64,000 nucleotides of DNA from Bispira polyomma (taxonomy: Eukaryota), in contig OZ287751.1 in assembly GCA_965649765.1 (NCBI GenBank), forward strand, positions 77,190,001-77,254,000, written 5' to 3'. Position 1 is the stretch's first letter. Each line of letters starts with the position of its first letter. This document shows, one piece after another, positions 40,119 through 53,100 of this stretch. The notes below the pieces were generated by a model. That model searched no databases. It saw only the letters and a program-made list of their open reading frames with translations, and was not told the DNA's origin. Both the position numbers and the translations under genes were made by a program.

Positions 40119-41250
40119 TTACTTCACTGGACAAACTCGTATAAAACCAGGAAGTATACAACTAAACAGACTACTTAACTTGTGATAAGTAGTGCTGTCC
40201 TGCCAAAATTAATAAGGTCACTTCACTGAATAATTCCTTATGTCCAAAAAAATTCAACGAAACAGACCTCTCGAAAAATGAAAGACAAATTGTAGTAAAA
40301 CGAAGAAGAAAAATACTTCACTGATAAATGTCTTGGCACCAGTAAGTAGTTAATAAGCAACTGCCTTAAGTACCAGATAAGTGACGCTGTACCTTAAGGT
40401 AACCGAAAAATACTTCACTGAATAATTTCTTAAGAACCAGTAAGTATTCAACTAACAGCCTACTTAACATCATATAAGTAGAACCTGCTCTTTAAGTTAG
40501 AAAAGAATAACGTCACTGGACAGTTTTATTGACCAGTAATTATTCAACCAGCAAACCACTTCACTTCATGTAAATGGTGCTGTGTTTCAAGGATAAAGAA
40601 AATTACTTCAACTGGACAATTACTGACAACACAGTAAGTATTTAACCAACAGCCTACTCAAAACCATGTAAGTAGTGCTGCCTCTTAAAGATAAAGAGAA
40701 TTATTTCACTGGACAGTTTTGTAAACCAGTAAGAATTCAACCAACAGCTCACTTTACTCCATGTAAATGGTGCTGTTTTTGAAAGATAAAGAAAAGTACT
40801 TCACTGAACAGTTACTTATGTGCCAGTAAGTATACAACCAACAGCCCACTTTACTCCATGTAAATGGTACTGTTTTTCAAGGATAAATAAAGGTACTTCA
40901 CTGAACAGTTGCTTATGTGCCAGTAAGTATACACCATCAGCCACTTCACTCCATGTAAATGGTGCTGTTTTTCAAGGATAAGGAAAGGTACTTCACTAAA
41001 CAGTTACTTATGTGCTAGCAGTATTTAATCAGCATCCCTTTTCACTAATGTAAATGGTGCTGCATTTCAAGGATAAAGAAATATACTACACTGAATAGTT
41101 ACTTATGTGTTAGTAAGTATTAAACTAGCAGCCTACTTCACTCCATGTAAATAATGATGTGTTTCAAGGATAAAGTGGCTTAACTAGACATCTCTTATGA
41201 ACCAGCAAGTATTCATCCAACCGTCTACTGAAAGACATGGTAATTAGAGC
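40119..41250. repeat. Tandem array of ~96-bp double-hairpin units (~12 copies) inside the DIRS-like element
   Basis: 'acttcactg'-like unit starts at ~40121, 40220, 40315, 40412, 40510, 40605, 40703, 40798, 40895, 40990, 41085 and 41178. Confidence 0.9.
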
Positions 41251-44200
41251 ATGTCTCAATACAAGTACTAAAAGTACTAAACATGTAGAGCATGAAAAAA
41301 ACCTGATCAATAAGCAATCCATTACCCACTTAATAGATAAGGTACTGTACTCTAGTTGTCATGTAAAAAAATAGTCATCCAGACGGCATCATCTCTCCAA
41401 CTAAAAACTCTTCACCTTTATACCTCACAAAAAGAGGACAGACAAATGAGAGAAACAAAACAGCTCATCAGCATATGACTGTATGTTTGAAGATATAATG
41501 ATCCCTGTGAACTCTGTCAGATCTATCTGAATAATATGGTCCAGGTCTGGCAGGACACCAAAAAATAACTCCAGCAAATGAAGCATCCAGAACCGTTTAA
41601 TGCCCCTATGTTAAGATTATAGACTTGTATGATTATCGACATTCAATTTAAATCAAAATGCATCTCCTCGAGATATTGTGAAATTGATTCCAAAGAATTC
41701 ATTCATTTTGGATTCCCACATATAAAATACTGCATTCCTTGAACTAAACATGACCCCTTATTAAGGACATGAAAGAATTCAGTTGTGATCTGAACTACAA
41801 CCTACTTGTATACTGTTCAATCACACAAAATCCTGTTTTAAAAAGAAGTGACAGTCCAGAAATTTGATTTAATATGTGACATCAATTTCTGAACTTTTAT
41901 TAGCAACAGCCAGTCCATGGACATAAAAAATATAATCCAATTTGTGGGCGACTTCACATTCGGATGAATCACAAAAAAAAATACATGAAAATCGGCGCCA
42001 ATCACCACCCATGTAGGCTGTAGATTACAATCTTCTGAGTAATTCAGTACTTGTATCTTGTAAAAACATTCTGAATCTGAATTGACAAGTCTAAATCTGG
42101 GAGTCGGAATATATGATTTAGAACTTTTCCCAAGAATTTGATGATTAAAAAATGAAGATTAAATAAATCTCTGCAACTCCAAATTCATTAGGATATGAAA
42201 GTCGGCCCTTACGCCACCCATGCACCTAAGTGTGAATACTAATCCGGTTATCTCATTGTTCAAATAAATATCTGTAAGACATACTAAGAGCTTCTAGCGT
42301 TCACAATGAACTATAAGCAAATAATATATCACCCAAACGCTGTGGAGGCTTTTATCAAGCACACAGCTTTGAGTTTGTTGAGACATCACTGTTGAAACAT
42401 CACTGTAAGAGCATCACAGTTGGGACATCAGTGTTGCGACATCACTGGAATTCAAGCAAAAATCTGTATAAACAGGACCCATGTATGCTGTCCTATGACT
42501 TCTCAGCTACAGCAGATGTATTTCCTCCAATCTGTACATCTCAAGCATTCTCACTCTGCACAGTGGTAGTAGCACCCGACACATTTCCCGACTTAACTTT
42601 AGGAAGTCGATCCAAAATGGTGGTGACTTAATCTTAGCATCACTCTGTTTGGACACTGCTACAAACTCGCTAATGTTGTGGAGGCTTTTAACAAGCACAC
42701 AGACGAGTTTTTAAGATGACCCTCTGTGCTGTTCCAAAAATCGTCAAAAACGACAATGGACGCAAAAGATCGCAAACGAATATGTAAGGTCTGTTAAACT
42801 CCCAAAACGCTGCATCAGTTGCATTTTATTGCAGAAACCAAAGTTCCTCAGTCTTAATACTTGCTGACTTATAAATAAGTCATCTTGTCTTGAAAACTTC
42901 ACAGCAGTAGATTGAACTAGGTGTTGACACAATGGCGACCAAAATAATTGTGAAGGGTATCTCGAGGACGAGAGTTGAAGGGACTTCCGGCACATGCGCA
43001 GTGAGGTTGGTGAGAATAATTTAAGTCAAATCACAAGAATAGTCTTAGAAAAAAAGACTTATGTGATTTTTATGGTCGAATATTTAGGTGAACCAAATAA
43101 AAGCATTAGTGAGGATAAGGTATAGACTATTTATCGCAATAAAAAAACACCTCATCCCCTTTCAAACGGCCAGTTCTAAACATAAACAAACCTGCTCAAG
43201 AAACACATTTATGTTTGCCTATTGTTAGTAATAAAACACACTGGAACTAGGAGGAAAACCAATTTAAAAAAATAAGAGATGTTTAATAGAGACTCTCAAG
43301 GACAGAAAGGACTCTATTTGTGCTGGTAGCAACACAAACCCCATTAATGGAGGAAGTCTGTTTTCCCTTTTTGCTGTTTTAAAGAATTGAATTATTCTGC
43401 AGTTTACCACTCACTTTCATTCCAAACCCAAATTATCTCCTCTCCCAGTATAATGCTCACACGCAGATTAGCGTGTTGTAAGATTCTCTAGATAGGTACT
43501 CCATAAACAAATTGATTGTATTCTTCATTGTCCTATTTGTCTTCAATGGCCAAGGAACAATGCAATATTTTTGGAGCAGTCTGCTAATCTTAGAAGATTA
43601 TAAACTTTTTATAATGCATTGAAACTAAAATCTGTAAAGGTTTTAAGTAGAGACACTAAATCTACTGGGTTAAATTATATCACCCAAACAATATCTCAAC
43701 AACTATTGCTGCTAAGTGTGTTGTATACAGTTACATTCCTGCTAACCATTATAATTGGCGTTTGAGGGTGTCTTAGGTTTACCAAGATACCAAGTGGAAA
43801 AAGATGCAGATTTTATAGGTAATATGACCACAAGCTTGTCTATGATTTTGCTACCTGATTTAGTAGTTAATGTGCTTGCGCGACATTTAACACAAGAAAG
43901 TTTCAGAAAATTCAATTTAGAAACATGTAAAACAAAATCTTGAAATTGGCGAGTTAGAAATAGATGACAAAACAGAGTATTAAAGTTAATTGCTAAATTT
44001 TACCTTTGATCCCACTGGTCTGAGTAGCTAAGCTGTTCTCTCTTTAAAATCCATTAGATTTGCCATTTCAACTATTAAAATCTGCCACCCTTTTATGTGA
44101 TAGACACAGATCAAACAAGTGAGATCGTGGACTTTGTGACCTTCCAAGATAGATTTTAAAATAAATAAGAGAGCCCTCTCATTGATTGTGGAATTGACTA

Positions 44201-44979
44201 CATCACAACCAATAATCATCAAAGTACCAAAGACACATCAAAAACAACAACAATCCCTTCCTCGGTGTGCAGTTTGTAGAAGCAGTGATTGTGAATGACA
44301 GAATGACATATTACATATAATGTAGTCTGGGTAAGCAAACAAAGATTGTGCATATTTTTACTATAGCCTTGTATTCTGATACTAAGTTTGGACATATAAA
44401 TTAAATAAGTTACATGAGACATTGAAACTTGTAATACTGTGATACGTAGTCTCCTTCTGTTAGCTAACAGCTTGATGTCTGTAAAGTTCTAGAGCTTAGA
44501 GTTATTATTATAGGAAGCCATGCAAAAACACTTTGGGAAATGACGTCCTCAGAAGTCTGTCAAAGGGTGATGTCATGTTAAAGGAACCGTAGCTGTAGTG
44601 GGATTTAACACAAAATTAGCAGATTCTGTCTTCTGAAGTGGAAAGAATATAGAATTCATGAAAGTAAAACTGAAGGCTGCCTCTGTTTGTTTTGATATTG
44701 TTTTATTTGTAAATCCATCTGCACTCAATGTTTTTAGCTTATTTTGAGTACAATGAACAGGCTATCACAGTGAAAGTATTATCGATATTCCCAAAGCAAC
44801 AGCACATTTAGGCAATAATTGATGCCATACTAGCCCTGACATGACTGGATCTGGTCAACCAACAGAAAGCCAACAACTAATGTAAATACCATTGTCATGA
44901 CATTGCGCTGTAATTATCTGCAGACACAATTTAATTTAGAAGTGGATAAGAGAATATAGCTGCTGTTTTAGGCTTAACT

Positions 44980-45560
44980 AGAAATGTTACAGAAACAGGG
45001 TTCAGTACATACAATAACTACTGCAATACAGGGTTCAGTGGGTAAGTGGACAGAATAGTTACTGAAACAGGGTTAAGTTACACATAATAAATATTGCACT
45101 ACAGGGTTTCGTGCACACAGTATCTACTGAAGCAGGTTTGAGCCGACAAAAAGGCTACTGAAACTGGCTTAAGCAGACAGAATAGTCACTGAAATAACAT
45201 TAAGTAGACATAATACCTAGTGATACTGGCTTAAGCAGACAGAATACCTACTGAAACTGGTTTAAGTAGACCTAATAGCTACTGAAACAGGCTTAAGCAG
45301 ACAGAATAACTATTGAAACTAACTTACGCAGACAGAATAACTACTGAAACTGGCTTAAGCAGACAGAATAACTACTGAAACTGGTTTAAGCAGACAGAAT
45401 AACTACTGAAACAGGCTTAAGCACACAAAATAACTTATAAAACTGGCTTAAGTAGTCAGAATAGCTATGCAAACTTGCTTAAGTAGACAGAATAGCTACT
45501 GAAACTGGCCTAAAAAGACAGAAAATCTACTGTAACAGGCTTAAGGAGACATAATAGCTA
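44980..45560. repeat. ~32-bp minisatellite (actgaaactggcttaagcagacagaataact); paralog at 52955-53610
   Basis: Directly visible tandem units in both duplication copies. Confidence 0.9.
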
Positions 45561-46721
45561 TCACTTTTAAACTCAAATGGGTGTAGTGGTTTGAAACAAT
45601 TATGACACATTTTCTACCTTCATCAGTAGCTAGTTACACGCAGACAACAGTTCTTTCATACTACAAGTTTTTAAAACTAGAAAATCCCCTATCATATTTT
45701 TTACTTATTTCCAGTAACAGTAATTGCCACCGAGTAAAGCCATTTATACTCTTAGGTAAGCTTTCGAGATAGTCAGAAAATTGCTTCAAAATTAAATAGT
45801 CTTAATTGTTTTTTGCAACCTTGTCTCGCCTAGTTTCAACTCAAGTGTAGTTTCGTCTAGATAAATATGATGTAGGGACACATAAAGCCAGTGTAATAAT
45901 TAATGGGACATTTAGGGAAAACATACTGCTGTGCAGCAAGCAATAGTTCTTTAATTTGCCCTAAACAAATTCTACTAAAACCTGTTTGTAGTAATTAATT
46001 AAAACAATTAAAGATAAATACTAATATGTAAAGTAAAGGAAGTGTGCAGTGGGTTATAATATACAGAAATAAGAAAACCACAGAAAGAGATAGCAAAATC
46101 CTTGCCGCTCATAAAAATTATTTCTTATTGTGACGTCAAAAACTTGGCATGTCAGTTTATTGGGATATATAATATCAGATCGTACTCGTAGATTGACAGC
46201 CCTAGACTGGTGGCAATTTGATGAGACAGAAAAAAACCCAAAACTATGTCTAAATAGTTCATTTCTTAGCAGACAGTCTAACTTTCATTCACCTTAATAG
46301 GGCTTGAATAAAATTTATAGCTTCTATGGTATGATACATGGTATGGTGGTCTATCAGTCTAGACTAGTTGCTATTACTATGTGGTAAGTTTTTTTTTTGT
46401 AACCTTTTTATAGAAAATGAACAACAAAACAGTATCGAAACCATTTAATTAACTACAGCTATACATTAGTACCACACACCCCGGTTGCCATGGTAACTAT
46501 AATAATTGATATATAAACCATCTTTAACTTCACAGGGCTATCTCATCAAAAGTAACCATAGAAAGGTTATAGAAAACCTCAATCTAATTTAACTAATTAA
46601 AACTTTGATCCATGCTACTTGGATCATTCTAATATAGAGTTTGACTTTTATTATGTTCTCTTATTTAAAAGAATGTTTTCACACACTACTATAGTACCAT
46701 TTATATGTCTCGTAAGCTTTT

Positions 46722-47058
46722 ATTAGCTGGTTTATCTTTACAAGTTGATCTGAGTGATCTCAGAGTACCAGTTCGATCCTCAGTACTGTCCTCGGCCTGG
46801 AGATTGTACCCTTGGATAAGGTGTTTTACACAAAGTTGTCCCTCTCTACCCAGATGTATAAATGGGTACCTGTCCGCTAATGGGTGTTAGACTTTGTGTG
46901 CCGCATGTGGCAGCATGGCTAGTATACTTTCTGGGGGAGCTGAGACTGAACAATTGGTTGACAAGTGGAACAACCCAGGCTGGGGGTGTAAACTGTAAAG
47001 TCCGCTTAGACCTCAATGGAGGTGATATCAGACTATAAAGTTACACACATTTACATTT
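46722..47058 (+). mobile_element. SINE family C (CORE/Deu-like central domain, L2-like 3' end)
   Basis: B box gttcgatcc, 'cccttggataag...ctctacccagatgtataaatgggtacc' domain, (TTTACA)n tail. Absent from the paralogous site at ~57298. Confidence 0.75.
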
Positions 47059-47774
47059 ATTGAAACAAGATGTGTAATGTGGTCATGGGAATGTGTGGGC
47101 AGCACACCGAAAACCAGGATCAGTTTAGTAGACTGGTCATACAGTTCAAGGTCAAACTGGGGCCATAAAAAACATGATTTTTTTTTGTCTTGTATGTGAT
47201 ATTGCAAGAATTACTGGTTGGCTTTACAAAAAAATTGCCAAGATAGTTTTAGAAAAGTAATTGAAAGACATGTACCCTTTTGATCCATTTTCACGAGACA
47301 TTGGTGGGTGAATTTCATGTTTTTTTTATCCATGTGGAGGCTGAAAGTGTGTGTATCAACGATACTGTGTTCTTATTTTTGGCACTGCTGTCAACATGGC
47401 ATGAATTACCCTATCATAGAAATGATGGTAGATTATTTTACACAGGCATTGACATCACATGTGCTAAGTCACTCAGTAATTTCACTTTGTACTGATATTA
47501 ATCTAGACCTTATAAAACATTCTCTTCTGTTTGAATTTGTATAAAAGGGGTGTAAAAAGTAAAACACACCCAAGAGAAAGATGATAAAAAATCACATTTT
47601 CTTAAAAGAATGTCTGAGTACAACACTTATCACACAAAAGTGATTTGCTAACAGATACCTGAAACCTCTTTAAGTCACCACTTAGTTTTTGCTTAAGGAC
47701 TACGTACTTGTACTGAGTTTCTGAATAAATAGTATTCTGAGTAAATATAGAAAATATATCTGCAACAGCATCAT

Positions 47775-48064
47775 TAATTATTATAACATGACGGTAGTGT
47801 CGGCGATTCTGATTGGCTGAAGACATTGGTAAAAATAATCGTATATAGACAGACTGAAATAGATTAATATTGTCTGCTGTGTATTGGTGACCAGTGGTAA
47901 TAGTTTCCTCAATAACATAGATTTTTGCAGTAAAAACATCTAGAATCAGATAATAATGTTAATTTGTCATGTTAGAATAGGAACAACAAATTTGCCTTCG
48001 TGTTACTACGCCTCCAATCGTGATAAAAATTACCGTATATCCTGCTTTGTAATGTGTTATTCCT
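47775..48064. mobile_element. Possible Crypton-like non-autonomous element ending in an IR-bounded segment; paralog at 58028-58326
   Basis: 'ttataacatg...gattctgattggctga' start and terminal AGGAA(T/C)AACA inverted repeats resemble CryptonV-type non-autonomous repeats (from recall, unverified). Confidence 0.45.
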
Positions 48065-48337
48065 CAAACATAGGTTAATTATATCATAAATTAATACCCA
48101 GTATCACCCTTGTTTTAAGACTATAAATTTTTCAGTTCACAACTGTATCTTTATAGAGATCCACTTTATCCAGGACAGATTCAGATTTTTATCATGCTAG
48201 ATTGTGAGATGATCTCAAAAAATACAACAAAGAACAGTTTATTTAGGGACAAAAATGTCAAAATCTTTAAATTGATCAAAACTCCAGTTATTTACCAAAA
48301 AGACACCTGAGTAGTGTGTAATGTCTGAGTCATTATA

Positions 48338-48665
48338 AACTAGTACTTGAGTAACCAATGGAAGTACTCAAGTAACTAATGCCAGTACTTGAGTAACCAA
48401 TGATACTACTAGTGCTTGAGTAACCAATGCTAGTACTTAAGTAACTAATGCCAGTACTTGAGTAACCAATGATACCACTAGTGCTTGAGTAACCAATGCT
48501 AGTACTTAAGTAACTAATCCCAGTATTTGAGTAGCCAATGATACTACTAGTGCTTGAGTAACCGATGCTAGTACTTAAGTAACTAATGCCAGTATTTGAG
48601 TAACCAATGATACTACTAGTGCTTGAGTAACCGATGTTAGTACTTAAATAACTAATGTCAGTAGT
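48338..48665. repeat. ~21/28-bp satellite (agtacttgagtaaccaatgct); expanded paralog at 58460-59712 and 63517-63755
   Basis: Directly visible tandem units. Confidence 0.92.
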
Positions 48666-50009
48666 AGTTAATAAAACCTTCCCTCATTTCTTGTAGCACA
48701 GAGACTAGTACTACAATGAGCTTGTAATCCAGGTGGTTTCACCTCCCAAGTGAGACTTAAAGTGAAAACCCTTACCATTGACTGAGGATGGATAGTCTTC
48801 ACAGCATGTGTTGTACAAGAACTGAATACATAGACTTGCTATGGAAAAAAGATAAACATATCATACAGATATTGAATTTATTTTACAAAGGGTTGATAAT
48901 CTAAGTCAAATAATGTATTATTGAAGACATAATTTGGCTCTAATTGAGTGGCTTGTAGATTGGTTTTCGAATATTTAATGATTTTAAGTAAAGGATCTCA
49001 ATGTAGTCTAGTTTCTAGTCTGGCTCTAATAGAGCAGACCTTAAACGGGTCCTGCTCCTATTTCCATCTCCTGCCGTGGGACAGCTTAATAAATGAAACT
49101 AGAGATTAGACCTATTATTAGAGAAAGCCAGGAAGCTCTCTGGGAATAGATGAAACTCAGAAATGTGGAACGCAATCACCTTTTAAGGGTAACTGCAATC
49201 AAGAATGTATCCGTCCTTCAGAAAAAACACCATTTAGCATACATTTTAATATATTGTAATTGGTACTTTTATGAGTTCTAATGAAAGTAACAAGGGAATG
49301 ATTTAAATAAGAATTAAAAATATTATGTGAAAGATCAGTGAAGTTATATATATGTATCAATTACAACATAACTGTAGCTCATAAAGGCTTTAAATTCATC
49401 TGTTTAGTCCGGTGAGCTTAATTTGTCTTGCATATTGAACCTCATTACAACTCCACAAATTGTGTGTCTAAAGTGAAGATAAGACTAATCAATAACTCTC
49501 AGAAGTTTTGTGAATTGCTTTTTTGTCACTTGACAACCAATTCTTGGAAATAATAAATCCTTATTGCAATAGGCAATAACTGTGTGGGAGATGTGTGCCT
49601 AACTGGCTTTTAACTGTCTGTAATTTGTAGGTAAGATCAGATAATGAAATAATGGTTTAATCAAACACTAATTATCATAATTTGTGGACATTGAAGGTCA
49701 TCATGTAATGGTCACTGGCAAACTTAACTGACTTAAACCTTTTAAAGAAAACTGGTTTCATATCAGATAATCTGCCAGTTAAGAATAGGTACAATTTTAC
49801 AGTTTTCAGTTAGGTGTTGCTAAAATTACACTGTTACCATAATTGGGGAAATGTCAATCTTTTACTTCTGTAGTACCACAATCGATGACCAGGCATCCTT
49901 TAAGGCACACATCCCAGTCAGTATAAAAAATGGTCCGATGGGACAATTGTGATCAATGTTCAGTTGCAACCAGCAGACGAATGTTAGGGTGGAAATGCGA
50001 ATTGTACAC

Positions 50010-50152
50010 AGAGGAAAAGTCAGTGTGATGTCATTGGGAAATGTTAGTGTGATGTCACAAGGAAAAGTGATTGTGATGTCATGAGGAAATACGAGTGTGA
50101 TGTCATGAGAAAATGTAAGTTTGATGTCATGTGGAATGTGAGTGTGATTTCA
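50010..50152. repeat. ~25-bp minisatellite (gaaaatgt.agtgtgatgtcat)
   Basis: About 6 degenerate units. Confidence 0.75.
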
Positions 50153-53100
50153 TACATAATTAAGGAATACATATCAGCAACTGAAGCAAGTATTGTTATG
50201 GCATGTAGCTTTAATGAAAAAAACGATCTGAAATGCCAAATCTAAGGTTCCAAATGTTGTTTTGACAAGCAATAAAATATTAGTGAAGCCTTTCCTGAAA
50301 GTGTTAACACATTAAAATCATACTTGCTAACATCAGTTTCAGGTAATTGTCTATGGAACTCATAGGGTGGCATGCTGAGATATAGATTGTGTCATCCTTA
50401 AATACTTGGAATAGGATAATTAGTCACCATTGTAGTCTTAGTAATCTTCTAGTCTTTAGTAAACTTTACATTTAATTATCATCATACATGATTTACACAA
50501 TGGTAGCACAGCAATAAAGAACATTATAGTAGTTATGGGTTGTCATTTACACACTAGTTGTTCAAGAAATGCAATCTAAAAATAAAACACAAAAAAACCA
50601 TTACTGTATCAAGAAGAATAAAAGCAATATCTACATTAAATTCACACTGCAGTGCAAGTTCACTTACATCCATAAATAGGTGTACAATCTAATAAGAAAT
50701 TATTGCACACAATCCCTTGTTCTTTAAGGGTGTTGTTTACAAGGATGGATAGTGTAACTAGACTGGCCGTGAGCTAATCTTTTGAACATTACTTGTTTTC
50801 TACAATTGCTGCAATACCTATTTATATTGTGCCCATTTTACAGGATGTTCCTAAATGTTCTATCATAGTGGTAATGCTATTTTCCCTCAACCAGGTCTAT
50901 CATATGTGTTATGCAAATGTTGACGTCAATACCTTTATCATTTTTTAGGATTCTAAAAATAGGATCTAGACTAGTTGAGAGGTGTTTTTGTATAAAATTT
51001 GTTGAGACACAAGGACTGACGTGAATCTACTTTTAGGATTCTTTGGAGCATCATTTTTTTCTATCAATCTGACGCAAACAGGAAAATTACAGCCAAGTAC
51101 GAAAAAATAAGTGATTATTTTGGAAAAATGTCGCAGGATAGCAAAAAAAAATGCAACTCTGTGAATTGCACTGTCAATTAGGGTAAGAAAAAATTAAACA
51201 TAAGAGAAGGCAGTGTTTATTAAGGTGATAGTGGAAATGTTGAAGTATTTAAGCACATGTTGTGTTCTATGAAGGTTAAGTTGACCATTCATAGTGCCAA
51301 GGACTTGCCCAAAAATATTCCATGTCTTTGCTTGGATGTTGGGCTAATATGATTCATGTTATGTTGCTAAGAAACATATACAACAGCCTATAAAATTACT
51401 TCAATCTACTATTATTATCAGCAAAATTGACTATTAATGTAGCATGCCAATTATGGGTACATAGTTGTTTCAGTTATTTTCTAAAATAAATATTAAAATA
51501 GAAATATGGCATAATTGTTCCTGTCCTGTCTTTTGAAGACTCATCAGTGCTTTTTTCCAAGGGTCGACAAAGGCCATTTCTTTACAACGGCCAAATAGTT
51601 TTCAGTTTTTCACCAAGAGGGCCTTTCTGTGTACTTCAAAATTGCCTGCTTAGAAAATAATTTGGGTGTTTCTTTAAGATAGCTATTGTATGCTGATGAG
51701 TTATTGTATGCTATTGTGTATGAAAGTTCAATCGTTAAATCGTAAAATATATACTTTGGTCATTGGGTCCTCTTCCCTGAAACATGCACATAGGTAAATG
51801 GTGATCCTCAAACCTCTGTCTTCAGGTAGATGTATAGGACAGTTGCTGGTGATGGACGGCTACACTTGGTCATTAAAGAGAAGGTAATTGAGTGGTGAGA
51901 ATATAGATCAGCCTAGATTCTGTGTTGAGTATAAATATGAATATGAATGGCAGAAAGTACACAACTCATTCTATGTATTTTGTTTCATTATATATTATCA
52001 CCCATATACATGCATCACTCATTCCTTTTAAACATCAAATGAACACCTCATCCCCTCTCAAAAGGCCAGTTCTACACATAAACAAACCTGCTCAACTGAA
52101 GAAACACATTTATGTTTGTCCATTGTTAGTCATAAAATACACTGTAACTGGGAGGAAAACCAATTTAGAAAAATAGGGGATGTTCAACAGAGACTCACAA
52201 GGACAGAAAGGGCTATTTTTGTGCTGGTAGCAACACAGACCCCGTTATTACTGGAGGATGTCTGTTTTTCCTTTGTGCTGTTTTAAAGAATTGAATTATC
52301 CTGCAGTTTATCACTCATTTTTATCCCAACCCAAATTATCTCCTCTCACACACAGATTGGCATTTTGTAAGATTCTCTGAATAGGTATAGCATGTGACAA
52401 ATTGATTGTATTTTTTATTGTCCTATTTTGTCTACTTTTACAAACATAAGCTACACGACATGTTTCTAGAATGTTAGCGGTTGCAAATGGAACAGATTTC
52501 TGACATAACCAAGAAATTATTTATGTAAAATTTGTTGTAAAAATGGTTGACTGGCCAGGGAAGAATTCAATATTTTTGGGGGACAGTCTGCTAATTCTGT
52601 TGTGGCATTTAAGACAAAATTTGTGTTTTCTGGAGTGGAAAGAATATATAATTCATGAAACTAAAACTTAAGGCTGCATCTGTCTGTTTGGGTATTGTTT
52701 TATTGTAAATCCATGTGCTCTCAGTGTTTTTGGTTTATTTTGAGTACAATGTACATGCTATCACAGTGAAAGTATTATCCATATTCCCAAAGCAACAGCA
52801 CATTTAGGCAATAATGGATGCGATACTAGTAACGACATGGCTAGGTCTAGTTAACCAACAGAAAACCCAATAACCTATGTAAATACCATTGTCATGACTT
52901 TAGTGCTGTAATTATCTGCAGACAGAATTGAATTTGGAAGTAGAGAAGAGAGCATAGCTGCTAAAATAGGCTTACCTAGACAGAATAGTTACTAAAAATA
53001 GTTACACAGAATGACTACTGAAATACAGGGTTAGGTACACAAAATAGCCACTGAAACTGGCTTAAGTAGACAGATTAGCTACTAAACTGGCTTGAGCAGA

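Larger units (their letters stand above)
39350..43145 (-). mobile_element. Non-autonomous DIRS1-type (tyrosine-recombinase retrotransposon) element
   Basis: ~184-bp ITRs (39394-39577 / 42939-43122) with non-matching outer extensions. ICR at 39626-39730 is complementary to both termini. No TSD, A-tract junctions, empty site at 52031-52050. No RT/RH/YR ORF. Confidence 0.88.
39055..48860 (+). repeat. Segmental duplication, copy 1
   Basis: Colinear with 51685-64000 apart from insertions (39100 vs 51790; 43146 vs 52042; 44640 vs 52635; 47060 vs 57300; 48680 vs 63815). Confidence 0.9.

Noticed and set aside
40119-41250. CRISPR-like repeat-spacer array or a 32-aa protein repeat
   Set aside because: The variable parts are homologous between units rather than unique spacers. 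Unit length varies by non-multiples of three, stops are frequent, and the context is eukaryotic with no cas genes.
41440-41600. 'LDAS' and 'SYADEL' on the minus strand inside the DIRS-like element as RT/RNase H relics
   Set aside because: Isolated short matches in the wrong order for RT-RNase H, with no supporting context.
51515-51552. Minus-strand CTGATGA followed by hairpin gtcttcaaaagac, resembling a hammerhead ribozyme core
   Set aside because: The required GAAA after stem II is absent (aggac) and no stems I/III were found. At best a dead remnant.
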